Source: Camelus dromedarius (lineage: Eukaryota). From it: a stretch of 64,000 nucleotides of DNA. How positions within the stretch are numbered: position 1 is the stretch's first letter; each line of letters begins with the position of its first letter. Below, in pieces: positions 13,812 to 27,185 of the stretch. The position numbers and the translations under genes were made by a program. Location: positions 12,030,001-12,094,000 of the forward strand of contig NC_087438.1 of assembly GCF_036321535.1 (NCBI RefSeq), in the 5' to 3' direction. The notes under the pieces are model-generated. The model worked only from the letters and a program-made list of their open reading frames with translations, did no database searches and had not been told where the DNA came from.

Positions 13812-14417
13812 TATTTTTCAGATTCTTTTCCATTATAGGTTATTACAGGATATTGAATATAGTTCCCTGTGCTATACAGTAGGACTTTGTTATCTTTTAT
13901 ATATATAGCAGTGTATATCTGTTAATCTCAAACTCCTAATTTATCCCTCCCTGCCTTTCCCCTTTGGTAACCATAAATTTGTTTTCTATGCCTTTAGGTC
14001 TATTTCTGTTCTATAAATAAGTTCATTTGTATCACTTTTTTAGATTCCACATATAAGTGATATCATATGATATTTGCCTTTCTCTGTCTGACTTACTTTA
14101 TTTCGTATGATCATCTCTAGGTCCATCCATGTTGCTGCACATGGCATTATTTCATTCTTTTTTATGGTTGAGTACTATTCCACTGTATAAATATACATCT
14201 TCTTTATCTATTCATCTGTTGATGGACATTTAGGTTGCTTCCACATCTTGACTACTGTAAACAGTACTGCTATGAACATTGGGTACATATATCTTTCAAA
14301 TTAAGAGTTTTCATCCTTTCCAGATATATGCCCAGGAGTGGGATTGCTGGATCATATAGTAACTCTATTTTTAGTTTTTTAAGGACTCTCCATATTGTTT
14401 TCCATAGTGGCTACATC
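13735..14417 (-). mobile_element. Younger L1 3' end with TSD, in intron 2
   Basis: L1 3' UTR containing (TA)n. TSD aaggagattttt at 13723-13734 and 14418-14429. Confidence 0.88.
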
Positions 14418-15180
14418 AAGGAGATTTTTATCTATTAATTCGTGAGGTGTTCTGAACTTATATCTAGGCTCAAATGAAATCAACATTTTATATATATATA
14501 AGATACACAGCTATATCTCATTTGTTTTCTTACTTCTCCAATGACTTTCTTCATTGGACTATGTCATGATATTATACTCCCAGCACCTACCAGCTTTAAT
14601 GAAGTTCAATAAAAGAAATGGCCACGGGGTGGCTTCTGCTTCTTCTAACAAACAAATGCCGAAGATGCTATCCCTTTTGTTCTTCAGTATCCCCTATCAA
14701 AGATCTATGTGATAAATTCTTAAAATTTAGCCCCAGGAAAAAGTTTCTCAAAATTGCTTGCATCCTTTCATCAGATTATTAGAATCGTGCAGTTGATCTG
14801 GTTTCCCTTTTTGCCTTGGCTGCCAGTAAGTCCAGGGATAAATCTGTTGTTCACTTAGTCATCATGTTAAACTTTCCTGTTCTTCTACTAGACCTTTTAA
14901 AAAGCTTCATTTTTTTATGTTCTTTATAAGACTGTCTCAAATATTTTGGAGTTAAGTGGTATATCGAAACAAAGCAAATAAACAACTTGAAGAATCTAAG
15001 GAATTATGAGCACTAGTAACATGTCAACTAAAGTTGGAAAGTTGGATAGACTGAATTTTAGCAGCAACAACTCATCATCATGTGATGTGTCTCTGGTAAC
15101 ACTGAAGCTGACAGTGGAGAGAGGAAATAACAGAATGGGGTGTTTGCTTGTTCATTTTGTCATTAAAGTTGGAAAAATGA

Positions 15181-15250
15181 TACAATAGCCAAGATATGGA
15201 AGCAACCTAAATGTCCATCTATAAACGAATAAAGGAGATGTGGTGTCTGT

Positions 15251-15288
<38 letters not shown>

Positions 15289-15750
15289 GAATATTACTCA
15301 ACCATAAAAAAGAAAGAAATCTTGCCATTTGCAGCAACACGGACATACTTGACGGTATTATGCCAAGTGAAGTAAGTCAGACAGAAAAATAAATACCATA
15401 TGATTTCACTTATATGTGGAATCTAAAAGGCAAAACAAATGAGCAAACAAAACAAAAGAGAAACAGATTCATAGATACAGAGAACAAACTGATGGTTGCC
15501 AGACAGGAGAGGGGGTCGAGGGGCGGACAAAATAGGTGAAGGGGATTAAGAGGTAAAGACTTCCAGCTATAAGATAAATAAGCCATGGGGATATAATGTC
15601 CACATAGAGAAAATAATATTGTAACAACTTTGTGTGCTGATGGCTGGTAACTGGTCTTCTGTGATCATTTCACAAGGTACAGAATTTTGAGTCACTATGT
15701 TGTTGACCTGAGACTTACATAATATTGTGTGTTTATTATAATAAAAAACA
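15181..15750 (+). mobile_element. L1 3' end containing a (CA)n microsatellite
   Basis: tacaatagccaagatatggaagcaacctaaatgtccatc...ttgccatttgcagcaac. (CA)n at ~15252-15286. Confidence 0.85.
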
Positions 15751-17427
15751 TCTGAAAAACGAAGACGGCTGCTGGCTAAGGGAACGAGGCCAGTAAGGAT
15801 GGTAAGGACAGCAGCCCCACAGTCACGGAACACAGACCAGGCCGGGGCTGCGCGGGGCCAAGGGCAGTAGTTAGAGGCTGAGCAGGAGGAAACTCAAACT
15901 GGGGGCGAAGAGCTGGGGCCAGCGGAGCGAGGGGCCACTGTGGGCGTGGTGGTGGGGCTGAACGGAAGGAAGCACCAAGGACTGAATTCCAGACTTTGCG
16001 GGGGCTGGAGACAATACCTCTGAAGGCTAAGGTCAAAGATGAGGCCACATGGCGGAGACCGAAGCCCCTGACCACACAGGTCATCAGGCTACAAGTCGTA
16101 GAGACAGAGAACGGAGGTGCACAAAGGCTGCAGTTCACAGGCCACGATTCCAAGTGGGTCCACATTCAACTGCGACCAGAACGTGGCATCAAAGGGATAG
16201 TGTAGACCTGGCAGGAGGAATGGCTTCCAGGGACAGCGGTCGGCACTGCTCCACGGGCAGCCTGCGGGGGCCCACGGAGCCCTCCTCCCACTGCTCAGGG
16301 CAGGAGCTGAAGAGCATCTCAGAGAGAGCTAGGGGCAGACACAACGGGGTCTCTGGCAAAGAAAGAGAAGGAGAAGGTGGTGAAGGAAAAGTGAGAGGCT
16401 GCGGGAGAAGGTTCGCGCCTGCAGAAGAGCTCCCAGCGCCCAGATGAAGGGGTTAATGCTGGCGGCAGCACGAAGTCCCCAACAGTGAGAGAGGGAAGGA
16501 GACCCACAGCGACTGGAAGGTGTTCTCGTGGTGACTCGGGAACCAGAGACGCAGGGCCCTGTGGGTATCACAACGATCAAGTCCCAGGAAGATATTCCCA
16601 CACCTCTCACCTATTTCATACTGAGTATCTAAGATGGTATTCAGGAGATGATGGAGGGAGAGGAAGGATATGATTAAATTCTTAACAACAGATGCTTAAT
16701 ATCTTTAGCCCAAAGTGTGGGGGGAAGTGGGGAGGTTGCGGGAGATGCAGGGGACAGCCAGCTTGGGGGTCCTCCCCTCGCTACTGCCACTATGGGCCAC
16801 GGTACCTACTGAGACGCTAGCAGTGCTACGTGAAGCCTCGGCCTCACCATCACGGCATCTAGATCTAACTCAAAGCCATTTCTGTGCCTCCCAGAGACCC
16901 ATTCATCACCGCGGGCCCCGCGCTGAAGGGCCTGCAAAGTCAGGCTCCTGCCAACTACGACCAGGGCTCAATGGGCCTTTGTCCTGAAAGACTTGACTGG
17001 AGGGGACCAGGCAGGCACCAGTGATTCCTCAGTCACAGACCCACCGGGGCGCCCTGGGAAAGCACAGTAATCAATCCTGTTTCCCCTTTTTTTTCTCATG
17101 CAGCATAAATGCTGTATTCAGAGCAATGTCCCCCAGTGAAAACAGAAAGCTTGGCCTGTGACCAACATCGGCCCTACAGGACGGAGCGTGAGAGCTGCAC
17201 TCGGGCAGAGTGGCCCCTGTAACAGACCCCGACACAGACAGGCGCCCAACACAGGCTGACTGATGAGTGAACAAACCCATGTGATTCTGATCGTGGTCGG
17301 AGCTGAACGGAGCAGCCCGTTACTGGGCCCAAGCCCGTTACTGCGCTCTTGCCTGACCCTCACACAGCCCGGCGGTGGCGGTATGAGACGGACCTTCCCA
17401 TTTCACAGGATAAGGAGGTTCGGATTG

Positions 17428-17874
17428 TGTCGTAGGTTGAATACTGGCCCCTGGAGGTATCAGGTCTTAATCCCCGAAATGTGCACGTTACATGGAAAGG
17501 GGATTTTACCAGGTGTGATGAAGTTAGGGGTCATGAGATGGGAAGACTGACCTGGACTACCCAGGTGGGCTCCAAATATCATCTCAAGTGTCCCTGTGAG
17601 AGGAAGGCGGGAGGAGATCTGACACAGACAGAGGAGGAGAGGGTGACAGGGCCACATGGCAGAGGCAGGAGTGATGTCCTGCAAGCCAGAGACACCAGCA
17701 ACTAGCAGGAGCTGGAACAGGCAAGGAGCCCCTCCCCAGAGGCTCTGGGGGGAGCATAGCCTGCGACACCTTGATATTGATACTGATTTTGAACTTGTAA
17801 GGGAAGAAATGTCTGTTGTACTGAGGCACCAAACTTGGGGCAATGTGTCACTGCTGCCCCAGGAAACCAGCACA
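17428..17874 (+). mobile_element. MaLR LTR (MLT1 family)
   Basis: tgtcgtaggttgaatactggcccc...gttacatggaaagggga...gcaagccagaga...gacaccttgat...caggaaaccagcaca. Confidence 0.85.
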
Positions 17875-19716
17875 GTCACTGCGGGGCTAGGAAACGGAGC
17901 CAGCCCTCTCTGGAAGGCTGCCATTCTTCCCACCCCACCACCTCCATTTTTTAAAGGACTGAAGCTTCACTGTGGAGAGCTCTCCTGCAACTTGTGAACA
18001 AGGAAGTTCCATGTTTGCAAAAAAAAGCCAATGAGTCAACGCAGGGAACGGTCCTGTGTGAGGGGCCAAGAGTGAGAAAAGGATAGTTTTGTGGTCTTTC
18101 TGCTTCATCCTGGCCCCTCCCCATTTGCCTGCCCTTTGTAACTTGTGCCCAGCCTGGGACCAAATTTATACACCCCTGAAAACATCGAGATGCTCAGCGT
18201 GTTTTGTGAGTCACCTGGCTCTTCCGAGACAGAATGACGGCTGGTAAAATATGTAAGTGGTTGTTTCTTCTAAGACTCCTCCAAGGGAGCCCCTGGGGGG
18301 TGGAAATGTTACAAGGTCTACTGGAGAGAAGCAAGCTTTTCAGTTATAAATCAAGGCAGAAACACGGGTATCGCCAGGTGTTGATCCCACCCACCCTAGT
18401 ACAAGGTCCTCCAGCATGGAGACGCCCCACCTCTAGGTGGAATTAATAAATCTGGGGTAAACAGAAAGTATCCGGCCAGTGCCTGCTAGGGTTAGAAGGC
18501 AGACAGTTAGGTGTCTGTTCTCAAAACAGAAAAGAGCGGACTTGGGAGGAGGAGAGGGAAAGAAGGAAGAACACGTACAGGAACATAAATCTACAAATTC
18601 AAGAAGAGCAGTCACTGGACAAAACCAAACCTGTCTACCTTCCCAGAACACTGAATGAAGGGCTCACCTTCAAACCTGGAACCACACCAATGTAAACCAG
18701 CTTTCTAAAATGGTTTACACGCAAGTTAGTTTCAAAACCACGAAGACTTAAACCATAAACCAAATTTAAAACACTACGGCGGTACTTCTGTAACAGCCTG
18801 GATCCTTGGTCTCAGGGTTGGTGTCAGGGAGGAAAGGGTGCCTCCTACAAGCAAATCTGGGCATCCCCGCCAGGGCCAGGACCCTGGACAGTTCTTACAA
18901 GCACCGGTCTATGTGGACCCCATCCCAACTTGTCCCTACCTTTGGGGTTACATTTAGTGAGAGCAACTGCCTCATTGTACTCTTGTAACCCCCACCCCTT
19001 AGCTCTTTTTGATCAAATCAGTCTTACTACACTTACGTTCATGGAGCTCAATTATTTCAAGTAGAGATTTTTGCCTGTTTACAAAAACTAGCTCAACCCA
19101 CAGTAGAAGCAGCCCCCGGCAAGTATAGAAAAGCTTGACTTGGATTTCTAATGTAGTTAAGATACTTAGAAAGCACCTTAAGCAAATTTTTCAAATAATT
19201 CAAGTTCTCACTTTGAAATTTGATGTGTAAAATAAATTTATTTTTAAACATTTATCTAACCACCACTTGTTTTTAAGCCCTGAATTCACTGTTTCTCTCT
19301 ATTGAGGCAGAGAAAAATTTTGTCTGGACTACTCCATTTTCCAGTGGCCCAGTTTCGTCATGTGGGAATGTAATAAATATTTAACTGTTAGCCTCACTGC
19401 AGCCTGCTTAAATATCAAAATGGTATTTAAAATAACAACGCTTAGAGCCAAAAAAGAAACCAGCACATAGAAAGCTTTCGGCCAGCAGCAGTGGCTATGA
19501 CTAAGGACAACATCAATTAGATAAAAAATAAGTAGTAGATGTAATAAATTTAAAATTAATATTTAACAAACACTCAAAATAGAAAAGTCAATGCCTATAT
19601 AATCTGTTATTTGTTCCTTTTCAAAGGACCACTTGGTTAATATGCCTCCACAAAAATCAGATATGCAGGGTCTATAAAGTTAAATACCCTAAAGATAAAA
19701 TTCTGAGTTTTCTTAC

Positions 19717-19823
19717 CTCTTGTTCTAGACAAAACCATCTCCTTTATTATTTGCATAATAACACGTCCCAGCATCATGACTGAAATCAGGTGATACACTC
19801 TCCACGGGGTCAGTGCCAGGAAC
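19717..19823 (-). CDS. RETREG1: RETREG1 coding exon 2 (107 nt), reticulon-homology domain
   Basis: Minus strand tttttgccgtgatag|GTTCCTGGCA...AGAACAAGAG|gtaag. Translates (W)[35 protein letters not shown](G), in frame with exon 1 and matching FAM134B. Confidence 0.97.
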
Positions 19824-21381
19824 CTATCACGGCAAAAACAGACAAATCATGATTTCAACGTGAGGATTTTTACCTTTTTTTTTTTTTCCTTAAAATGAGG
19901 TTTTCTTTCCGCCAAAGAAGTAAAAAATACATTCAACAATGGTGTCACTTTTCAAAAGCACCCCGGTGTGAGTGCATAGGAGTTACTTTAATGGGCATCA
20001 AAAGTCAGCAAAATCAAAGTGCTGGAGCCACGTGCTAGTTGTGTGCGAGGCTTTCTGCTCCGACCTCCAGCTCGGGCAGAGGATCTGCTGTCCTGGGTGT
20101 GGCCCAAATATCTCTCTACTTAACAGGCGGAGAACAGAACTGACCTGGAACAGACTGATGAGGGGCCAAGCAAAGAGGCAGAGCTGCGGGGTCTTCTCGG
20201 ACACACGGCGCAGCTGGAGCACATGTCCTTGACTGCTGTCCTCTAACGGTTTTTTCTTTTATGCCATGTTCATTCTTTAACTCCTACCCCCTCCCCACCA
20301 ATCTCTTATAAATTAGCAATAATTAGTGATCCAATTTGTGAGCTCTTTCTCTTTAAGATCAATGCCCTTCTGTCTATCTGCCCACCTCCTCCCCAGAGGG
20401 AAACAAAGAATTCTTTATCATGAACAGCACACAGAACTTACAGTACTTTTTTTTTTTTAAATTGGGCTTATAAAGGGATGGAATGGCAAAGAAGTCACAA
20501 GAAGCTTTGAGGTTGAAGTCCATTTTACACAAGTTAGTTGGTTAAGCTGCCAATTAATATTAACTTCGGTGCAATCATAACTCGGAAGAATTAAATTAAC
20601 AGATAAATCATTTAATACTAGTTGCAAGGCACTGCGGGCTGTATAGAGAAGCAAAAAGCACACGCACATTGCCTTCTAGGGGCTTACTTCCTCATCAGAG
20701 AGACACACAGGCTGAACCAACAAAGTCCCAGGCAATGAGTCTTGGTGCTGTAATAGAACGTGAACAAAGAGTGAAAAGAAGCAAAGGAAGAGAAACTCCA
20801 AATCGGGGAAGATTTACAGAAGTGGCACTGAACTTGGTCTGAGAGGATGGATGCAACTCAGAGGAAAACAGAAGCTGTTCCATTTGGACAATACAACACG
20901 AACAACCAGAGTCAGGCAAGGGTGAGGTGTGCCTGGGGCATGCCAAGTGGTCTGCGGTGGCCCCAGCAGGAGGACAGGGATAAAAAGAGAGTTGGGAGAC
21001 TGGCAGAGAGAAGAGATTGAGGCGCCAGGCTCGGGGCAGACTGCGGCAGGCCCTGAAGGATACATAGGGAGTTTGGTCTTCACACCACTGGCAACGGAGA
21101 TAAAGCCAAAGGCACACAGTAGGAAAAATGAAATGATGAGCAATTTAGGAAAATGCCTGGGGGCAGCGGAGAGGACGAGATGGGGTAGGGAGGAAGCATG
21201 GAGTCCAGGAGATCCACTAGCAAGTTATGCAATGTGTTTGGTGAGAAGTGGTCAACAAGAGATGCTGGTGAAGTTGTGGATAAAACCTCCACCAGAAGGT
21301 GGGCAACCCAAATTCTGGGTCTGGTTCCAGTGTTAACTGCATGTGTGACCTGGGCCAGTAAAATAAGTGGGTAGAGTAGGT

Positions 21382-21500
21382 CAGTGCTTCTTAAATATTG
21401 GTCTGCAAGTGCCAGCAGGTTGGCTGCTTGGAAAGCTTGTTAAAATGCAGATTCCCAGACCCTAGGCTCCTCCCCCTATCCTCTGAAACAGGGGGTCTAA
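21382..21500. mobile_element. MER5-like hAT-Charlie fragment
   Basis: cagtgcttcttaaa...agcttgttaaaatgcagattcccagacc. Confidence 0.6.
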
Positions 21501-22394
21501 TTATGAGCATTTATATTCAATGAATATTTATTTATGGAGGGCCTCGACTGGGCCAGGCACTATGCTATCAAAAAGGAATAAACAGAGAACATGAAATGCA
21601 GGGGAAGGAGCAGACATAAAAGATAACCCATAATGCCAGCATCCATGTCTTTAGTAATAACAATTTGCTCTAATAATTTGGGTCCCACACGTGCTCTATT
21701 TTTGAGCTGTTATGTTTGTTTCAACCGAGGTTGTTTTGGTATTTGTTTCCTTTTTGGCTTACCTCCTCACTATCAGTTTATGATTAATTCTACTGTCTGT
21801 GTGCCAGGCTCTCAATTTTCCCCACCTCACAGTGAAGTGGCAGTTTGCAAAATTTCTGAGAGTGATCCACAGTAAGAAATTCATTTACATCTAAATGCAC
21901 GCACAGGAAACCAAAGTTTCAAAAATAATATTTATCCTTACAATGTGTAATGCCTGCTGATACTTTCTATCAAAAATTCCTTCAATTCTATTATATTTTA
22001 ATATTATTTTTCCTTCAATTCTATTATTTTTTAAGTGCTATGACTCACTAAAGCAACTTTACAGATGAGTTGTAACTCACAGTGTGACTCACACTGCATC
22101 AGAGGGAAGCTGCAAATGTTAGATTAGTATGCTTCATTAGAATGGCCTTCTTTGCAGAGCCAGGCAAAGCCCTAGGAGAGGAAGTTTTCTCAAGTTTAAA
22201 GGTCTTTAGAGCTGGCCAGGAAGCCATTTAAGCATATTCTAAAAACCAAAGAAATGCAAAACCAACTGAAGCAGTGAAGGTCATTAGTTATTCTTTTAGT
22301 GGAAATTACAGTCTCCTAGGAATAGACAAATTAGGTAATGACAGGACTTTGACACACCGCCCTGGCTGCCAGAGACCTCATCTAGAGGGCATTG

Positions 22395-22539
22395 TTGGGA
22401 GAGGGGATAACTCAGTGGTAGAGTGCATGCCTAGCATGCACAAGGTCCTGGGTTCTTTCCCCAGTACCTCTATTAAAAAATAAATAAGAAAACCTAATTA
22501 TCTTCCCCTCAAAAAAAAAAAAATTAAAAAACACACAGA
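22395..22539 (+). mobile_element. tRNA-derived SINE, camelid Vic-1 type
   Basis: ggataactcagtggtagagtgcatgcctagcatgcacaaggtcctgggttc...aacctaatta plus poly(A). TSD tagagggcattg at 22383-22394 and 22540-22551. Confidence 0.9.
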
Positions 22540-22984
22540 TAGAGGGCATTGCATAGAAACTCCAAAGAGCACTGGGGATGTCCCTGTGTGTCCTGGACAA
22601 GGGTCGAGTTAGTCATTAAGAATCCTCAGCCAGATGAGAAGGCAAACCCAACTACTTGGGATGGAAATGCCCAAACTGTATGGGATTGCATGTTTCTTGG
22701 TAGATGAGCTTCTTTGCAGCCCAAGAATTAAGTACAGAAATGTTTGAGAAACAAAGTCCCAATATTAATAACCTGTACTTAGAAAAACCTGCACATATAT
22801 GTTGTTTTAATTATTTTTACTGCCTAGGATGATTTGTCCCATGGTTCCAATTTAAAATGTATAGTATAATTTAGACCTGTGATTTGAAATTAAAATCTTA
22901 GGAACACCTATGAGTCTATTTAGTTTACCTATGAGTCTATTTATTGCCTAATATTTGGGAGAGCTTGGTTGTTAGACAAAGTCA

Positions 22985-23310
22985 TTTTTTTAAAAAACTT
23001 TTATTTTGGTAACTTTCAAACATATACAAAAAGAGACACCAACATATAACCAATCCAGCCTCAACAATTCTCCATTCACGACCAATCTTGTTTCTTCCGT
23101 ATTCCTACCTCCTAAGCTCCCCGCTCCACATACACACCCAAAATATTTGAAGCAAATCCCAAGCACCACATAATTTAATCTGCAAATATTGTCATTTATC
23201 TTCAAAAACAAAAAAGGACTTTTTAACCTAACACCACCACTATCATACCTAATAAAACTGCTTTAATTCCTTAATGTCATCAGATACCTGCCAGCATTCA
23301 CCTTTGCCTA
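22985..23310 (-). mobile_element. Old L1 (L1ME-type) fragment
   Basis: actttcaaacatatacaaaa...accaatcttgtttc...ttttgaagcaaatcccaagca-like motifs. Extent approximate. Confidence 0.55.
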
Positions 23311-25084
23311 GTCATCTTTTGCATACACGTACACACACACATTCAGTGAAAGACTGAAAAAGAATCTGAAAAATTCATACACTGAAATTAACAGATGTGA
23401 GTTTTAAATTTCCTGTAATTTATAGGTCTCCTGCTTGCATTGCACCCCCCCCATCTCTCTTTCTCTCTCATTTTTTGCTTGAAATTTTTGCGGAAGAAAC
23501 AGACTCATTCTGTCCAGTAAACTTTTCCAGAATCTGAGAGTCGTTCATTATATCCTTGTGGTTTAGTTTAACATTTTCCTCCATCCCTTCTGCAGACTGG
23601 AAAAATTGGTAGTTGCACCTAAAGCCTTCACCAGATTTATGTTCAACTTTTTTTCCTATAAAACTGCATGGTAGGTGGTGGTGTGTGTTCCTATCAGGCA
23701 CAGTCCTGTGTCTGTTTTTGAGAAAGCAGCCATCAGTGGTGACTACACGGCTATTAATTCCACAGGGGCGACATGTGGGTAACAGCCCATCATTCCTGCT
23801 TCGGGTGTTTGCTGGATCATGTCTATAGAGAGAAAACTCGCTTCATCAATGTTTGATTACCATTAGAGATGCATCTCATGGGAAAGGCATGAACAATACT
23901 TGATTATTTCTCTTTATTTACCAGCTTTCAAGATAATAAGACAGTTCCTTCGTATCCTCTAAAAGTAATGAAGTTGGTTTTCTTCATTCCTTTTTTTCAG
24001 TGTTATTATGAATGCTGTGCTCCAGTCCACTGCAGTATTATCAGCTAACCCTCAACTGTCCCATCTTGGCAGGTGGAGCGTAATCAGGTTGGTTCCTGAG
24101 CCCCTTTGGTACAACCTTAGTAACCTTCGATAATAAAGTACTTTAAAGGGACGGGGAAAATATAAAATTTACAAATGCAGTTTAAAATGTTGAAAGGAGT
24201 ATAACAAAAATTTTTAACGAAACCAATCATTCACCAAAGACTGTCCTGAAAATGGCTGTTAAAATTTGCTAGATTTTTAAATAAGTTAGGTTAGTTAAAT
24301 GGAAAGCTCAAGGCAAAACGAGTGTTGTAACTCTACTAAATCAAAATTCATTTTTTAAAAAGTAGTTGAACAAAGTCGTTTCGAACCAATCTTTTCTTTA
24401 TATGAAAACTGTCTTACAGGACATCAAAAAAAAGGAAAAAAATCCCTGTCTCCTGGCCATAAGTGATTCTAATGCGGGCACCCCGAAGCACCACTCAGGG
24501 GAAGACTACACTTCCATCCGACCCCTGATTCTAGGTGAGAACACCCACCTCCACTGAAATACATCTCACATCAGGAAGCTCAGTATATTTTCAGCATCCA
24601 GTTTCCTACAGTATCCTTTTATTCCTGGGGGAAGGACAAATTCTGTTTTCATTCCATAACCAGTGACTGTCAGACCCTGGGCTAGCTGCGGGGACACACT
24701 GATGACTAAATCTCAGCGAAGCCGGGAAGCAGACAAGTAAACAGCCGAGTTTAACCCAAGTACTTTCCAAAATGCTGTGGGAGCAGAAAAGAGAGCCGAT
24801 AACTGCCTACGGGAGTCAGAGAGAGCTCTCCAGAGAAGGTGGCCTTTAAGCTTTGACTCCCTAGAGAAGTCAGACTTTGCCAGATGGGAGTGACAAAGGC
24901 ATTCCAGATGGGGACCCGCGTAAGCAGAGGGCAGAGCAAGAGTGGGAGATGCTAGGACAGGACAGTGAGAAAGGCTGACTCTAACGCTGGCCTCCCTCCA
25001 CCCAGCGGCGCTGGTTCTGCTTTCCGGGACCACCTGCAGATGAATAAAACCACTGATTCCTAGCGAGTGAGATCACAGTTCTGA

Positions 25085-25270
25085 GAACTTCATATGTATT
25101 CGCTCATCTTATCCTTCTAACAATCCCGTGGGGAAGGTACTACGATTATCTCCGTTTTACAGATGAGCAGAGAGGTTAAGAAATCTGCCCAGGACCCCAG
25201 GACTCGGGGAGGTAGGACCAGGATCCAGAAAGGACCCAGGAGTCCAGCCAGCCTGGCTCTCAGCCAGCTC
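25085..25270 (-). mobile_element. MIR SINE
   Basis: atccttctaacaatcccgtg...attatctccgttttacagatgag...agaggttaag, the reverse of the MIR core. Confidence 0.75.
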
Positions 25271-25639
25271 CCTCACTCTGCTGAACATCCCCCCGACACC
25301 AGCTCCCACCTCCTCCTCTGCCTGTTATCCCACAGAAGTAGCTGGAAGGGCTGTCACCAATTTTTGGAGAATATGTCTGCTGAACTGACTTAGGAGATTC
25401 CAGGAGCACTCCTCAAAGACACCAGCCGTCACCACCAAGGTTGCGGAAAGTGGGGATTATGTCCACACCTCTTCCCTGGTCCCCTCACCTCTTCCCCAGG
25501 CGTCCCACCTCTCCTCTGGCTTTTCAGGCCAAATCTCCCCACTGGGCATCTGGTCCCCACAGGAGGGGTGGGGGGACACCAGGAGGAACCTTAAATCCCT
25601 TTGTTCTGGACTCCATGGCTTTACTTGTACGGCCTTTTT

Positions 25640-26320
25640 AAAAAAATTAATTGGCTTCATTTTTTTAGAGCAGTTTAAGGTTTATAGAAAAACTGAGTGG
25701 ACTGTGCAGAGACTTCCCACGTATCTCCTCCCCCATCTCCCCGCCCCACGTACAGAGTCTCTTAGAATTAACACCTTGCTTCAGTGTGATACAGTTGTTG
25801 TAACCCATAAGCCAATATTGATAAGCTAATAATCAGTTTCCAGTAAGGTTCACTCTTTGTGTTGTACTTTCTATAGGTTTTGACAAATGCAGAATGTCAC
25901 ATATCCACCATGATAGTGTCACACAGAGTATTTTCACTGCCCTAAAAATCCCCTGTGCTCCACACAGTCATTCCTTCCTCCTTCCCCATAAACCCTGGTG
26001 ACCGATGGTCTTGTACTGTCTCTTCGGGTCTGTCTTTTCCAGAATGCCATACAGTTGGAATCACACAGTATGTAGCCTTTTCAGACTGGCTTCCTTCACT
26101 TAGCAGTATTTATTCAAGCTCCTCTGTCTTTTCATGATTTGATAGCCCATTTCTTTTTATTATCGAATAGCATTTCATCATACGATGTACCACTGTTTAC
26201 CCGTTCACCTCCTGAAGGACATCTTGGTCGCTTCCAAGTTTTGACGATTATAAATAACACTGCTCTAAAAATGTGTGTGCAGGATTTTGTGTGGTTGTAA
26301 GTTTTCAACTCATTAATTCA
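25640..26320 (-). mobile_element. L1 (L1MB/MC-type) 3' region
   Basis: tttttagagcagtttaaggtttatagaaaaactgag...ttccagaatgccatacagttggaatcacacagtatgtagccttttcagactggcttccttcacttagca. Confidence 0.8.
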
Positions 26321-27185
26321 TTCGGACACAGCATTTTTTTTTAACAGCTCCATCAGCATGCTGGCTTATTTTGAATTTACAGGCAGCTAAAACCCTCAAG
26401 GATTCTATTCTTCTGATGCAAATTTTGGATCTCAGTATGTCCTATTCCATTCGTTCTTGTGTGACACAGCCCATCATTCAAACCCACAGACTTTAATGGT
26501 GGCATCAGTCACACTCGTTCTCCTGTCGAGCTTCATGACACCCACACATTTGATGTCTGCATGTTATCTGTGCTCATTCTCACTACTGGGCAGAGATCAG
26601 TCAGTGCTGGAGCCCTGTGACTTCCCAGGAGCAGCTGCTCCCACAGCGACCTCTGTTTGCTAATCAGCAGCTTATGAAACATGACAGGTCATCTAGTTTG
26701 CTGCTACATTCTGTCCACATTATTCCATTCTTCCATAAAGACCTCATAAGAGATCTTCTTAAACACCTTGCTGCAACCTGCCGCATTTCTAAGGTCTGCG
26801 TTTCTGTGAGTGTCAATCTGCTTGGCTGATGCTGCAAATTACTCTGAAGTAGAGAACAGCTCTCAGCAGAAGAACCAAACACCATTAGGGTCTACCAGCA
26901 AATATCACAGGGCACAGCCTGATCCAAGCCCCGGGGTGAACTTGCCAATCTGCCCATTCACAGAATTCACAGAAACACCTTGTGACCCCCTCCCCCATGG
27001 AGGAATTCAGAGGCAAAGACGGCCACACACAGGGGCCCAGAGGACTCCAGAATGCTGTAGAACAGTTATTCAGAGATGGGTTATGGCCACAACACAGGAC
27101 GCCCATGAGATCATGGGAGGCGGAGTGGTAAAGTTCACACTCTGAAGGCGGGGGGTGACATCTATGGACAGCTGTCCTTCTCAGT

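Noticed and set aside
22907..22944. Short direct repeats (acctatgagtctattta x2; also ttccttcaattctatta/t near 21977-22030)
   Set aside because: Two-copy slippage duplications, not an array. There is no CRISPR-like structure in this eukaryotic DNA.
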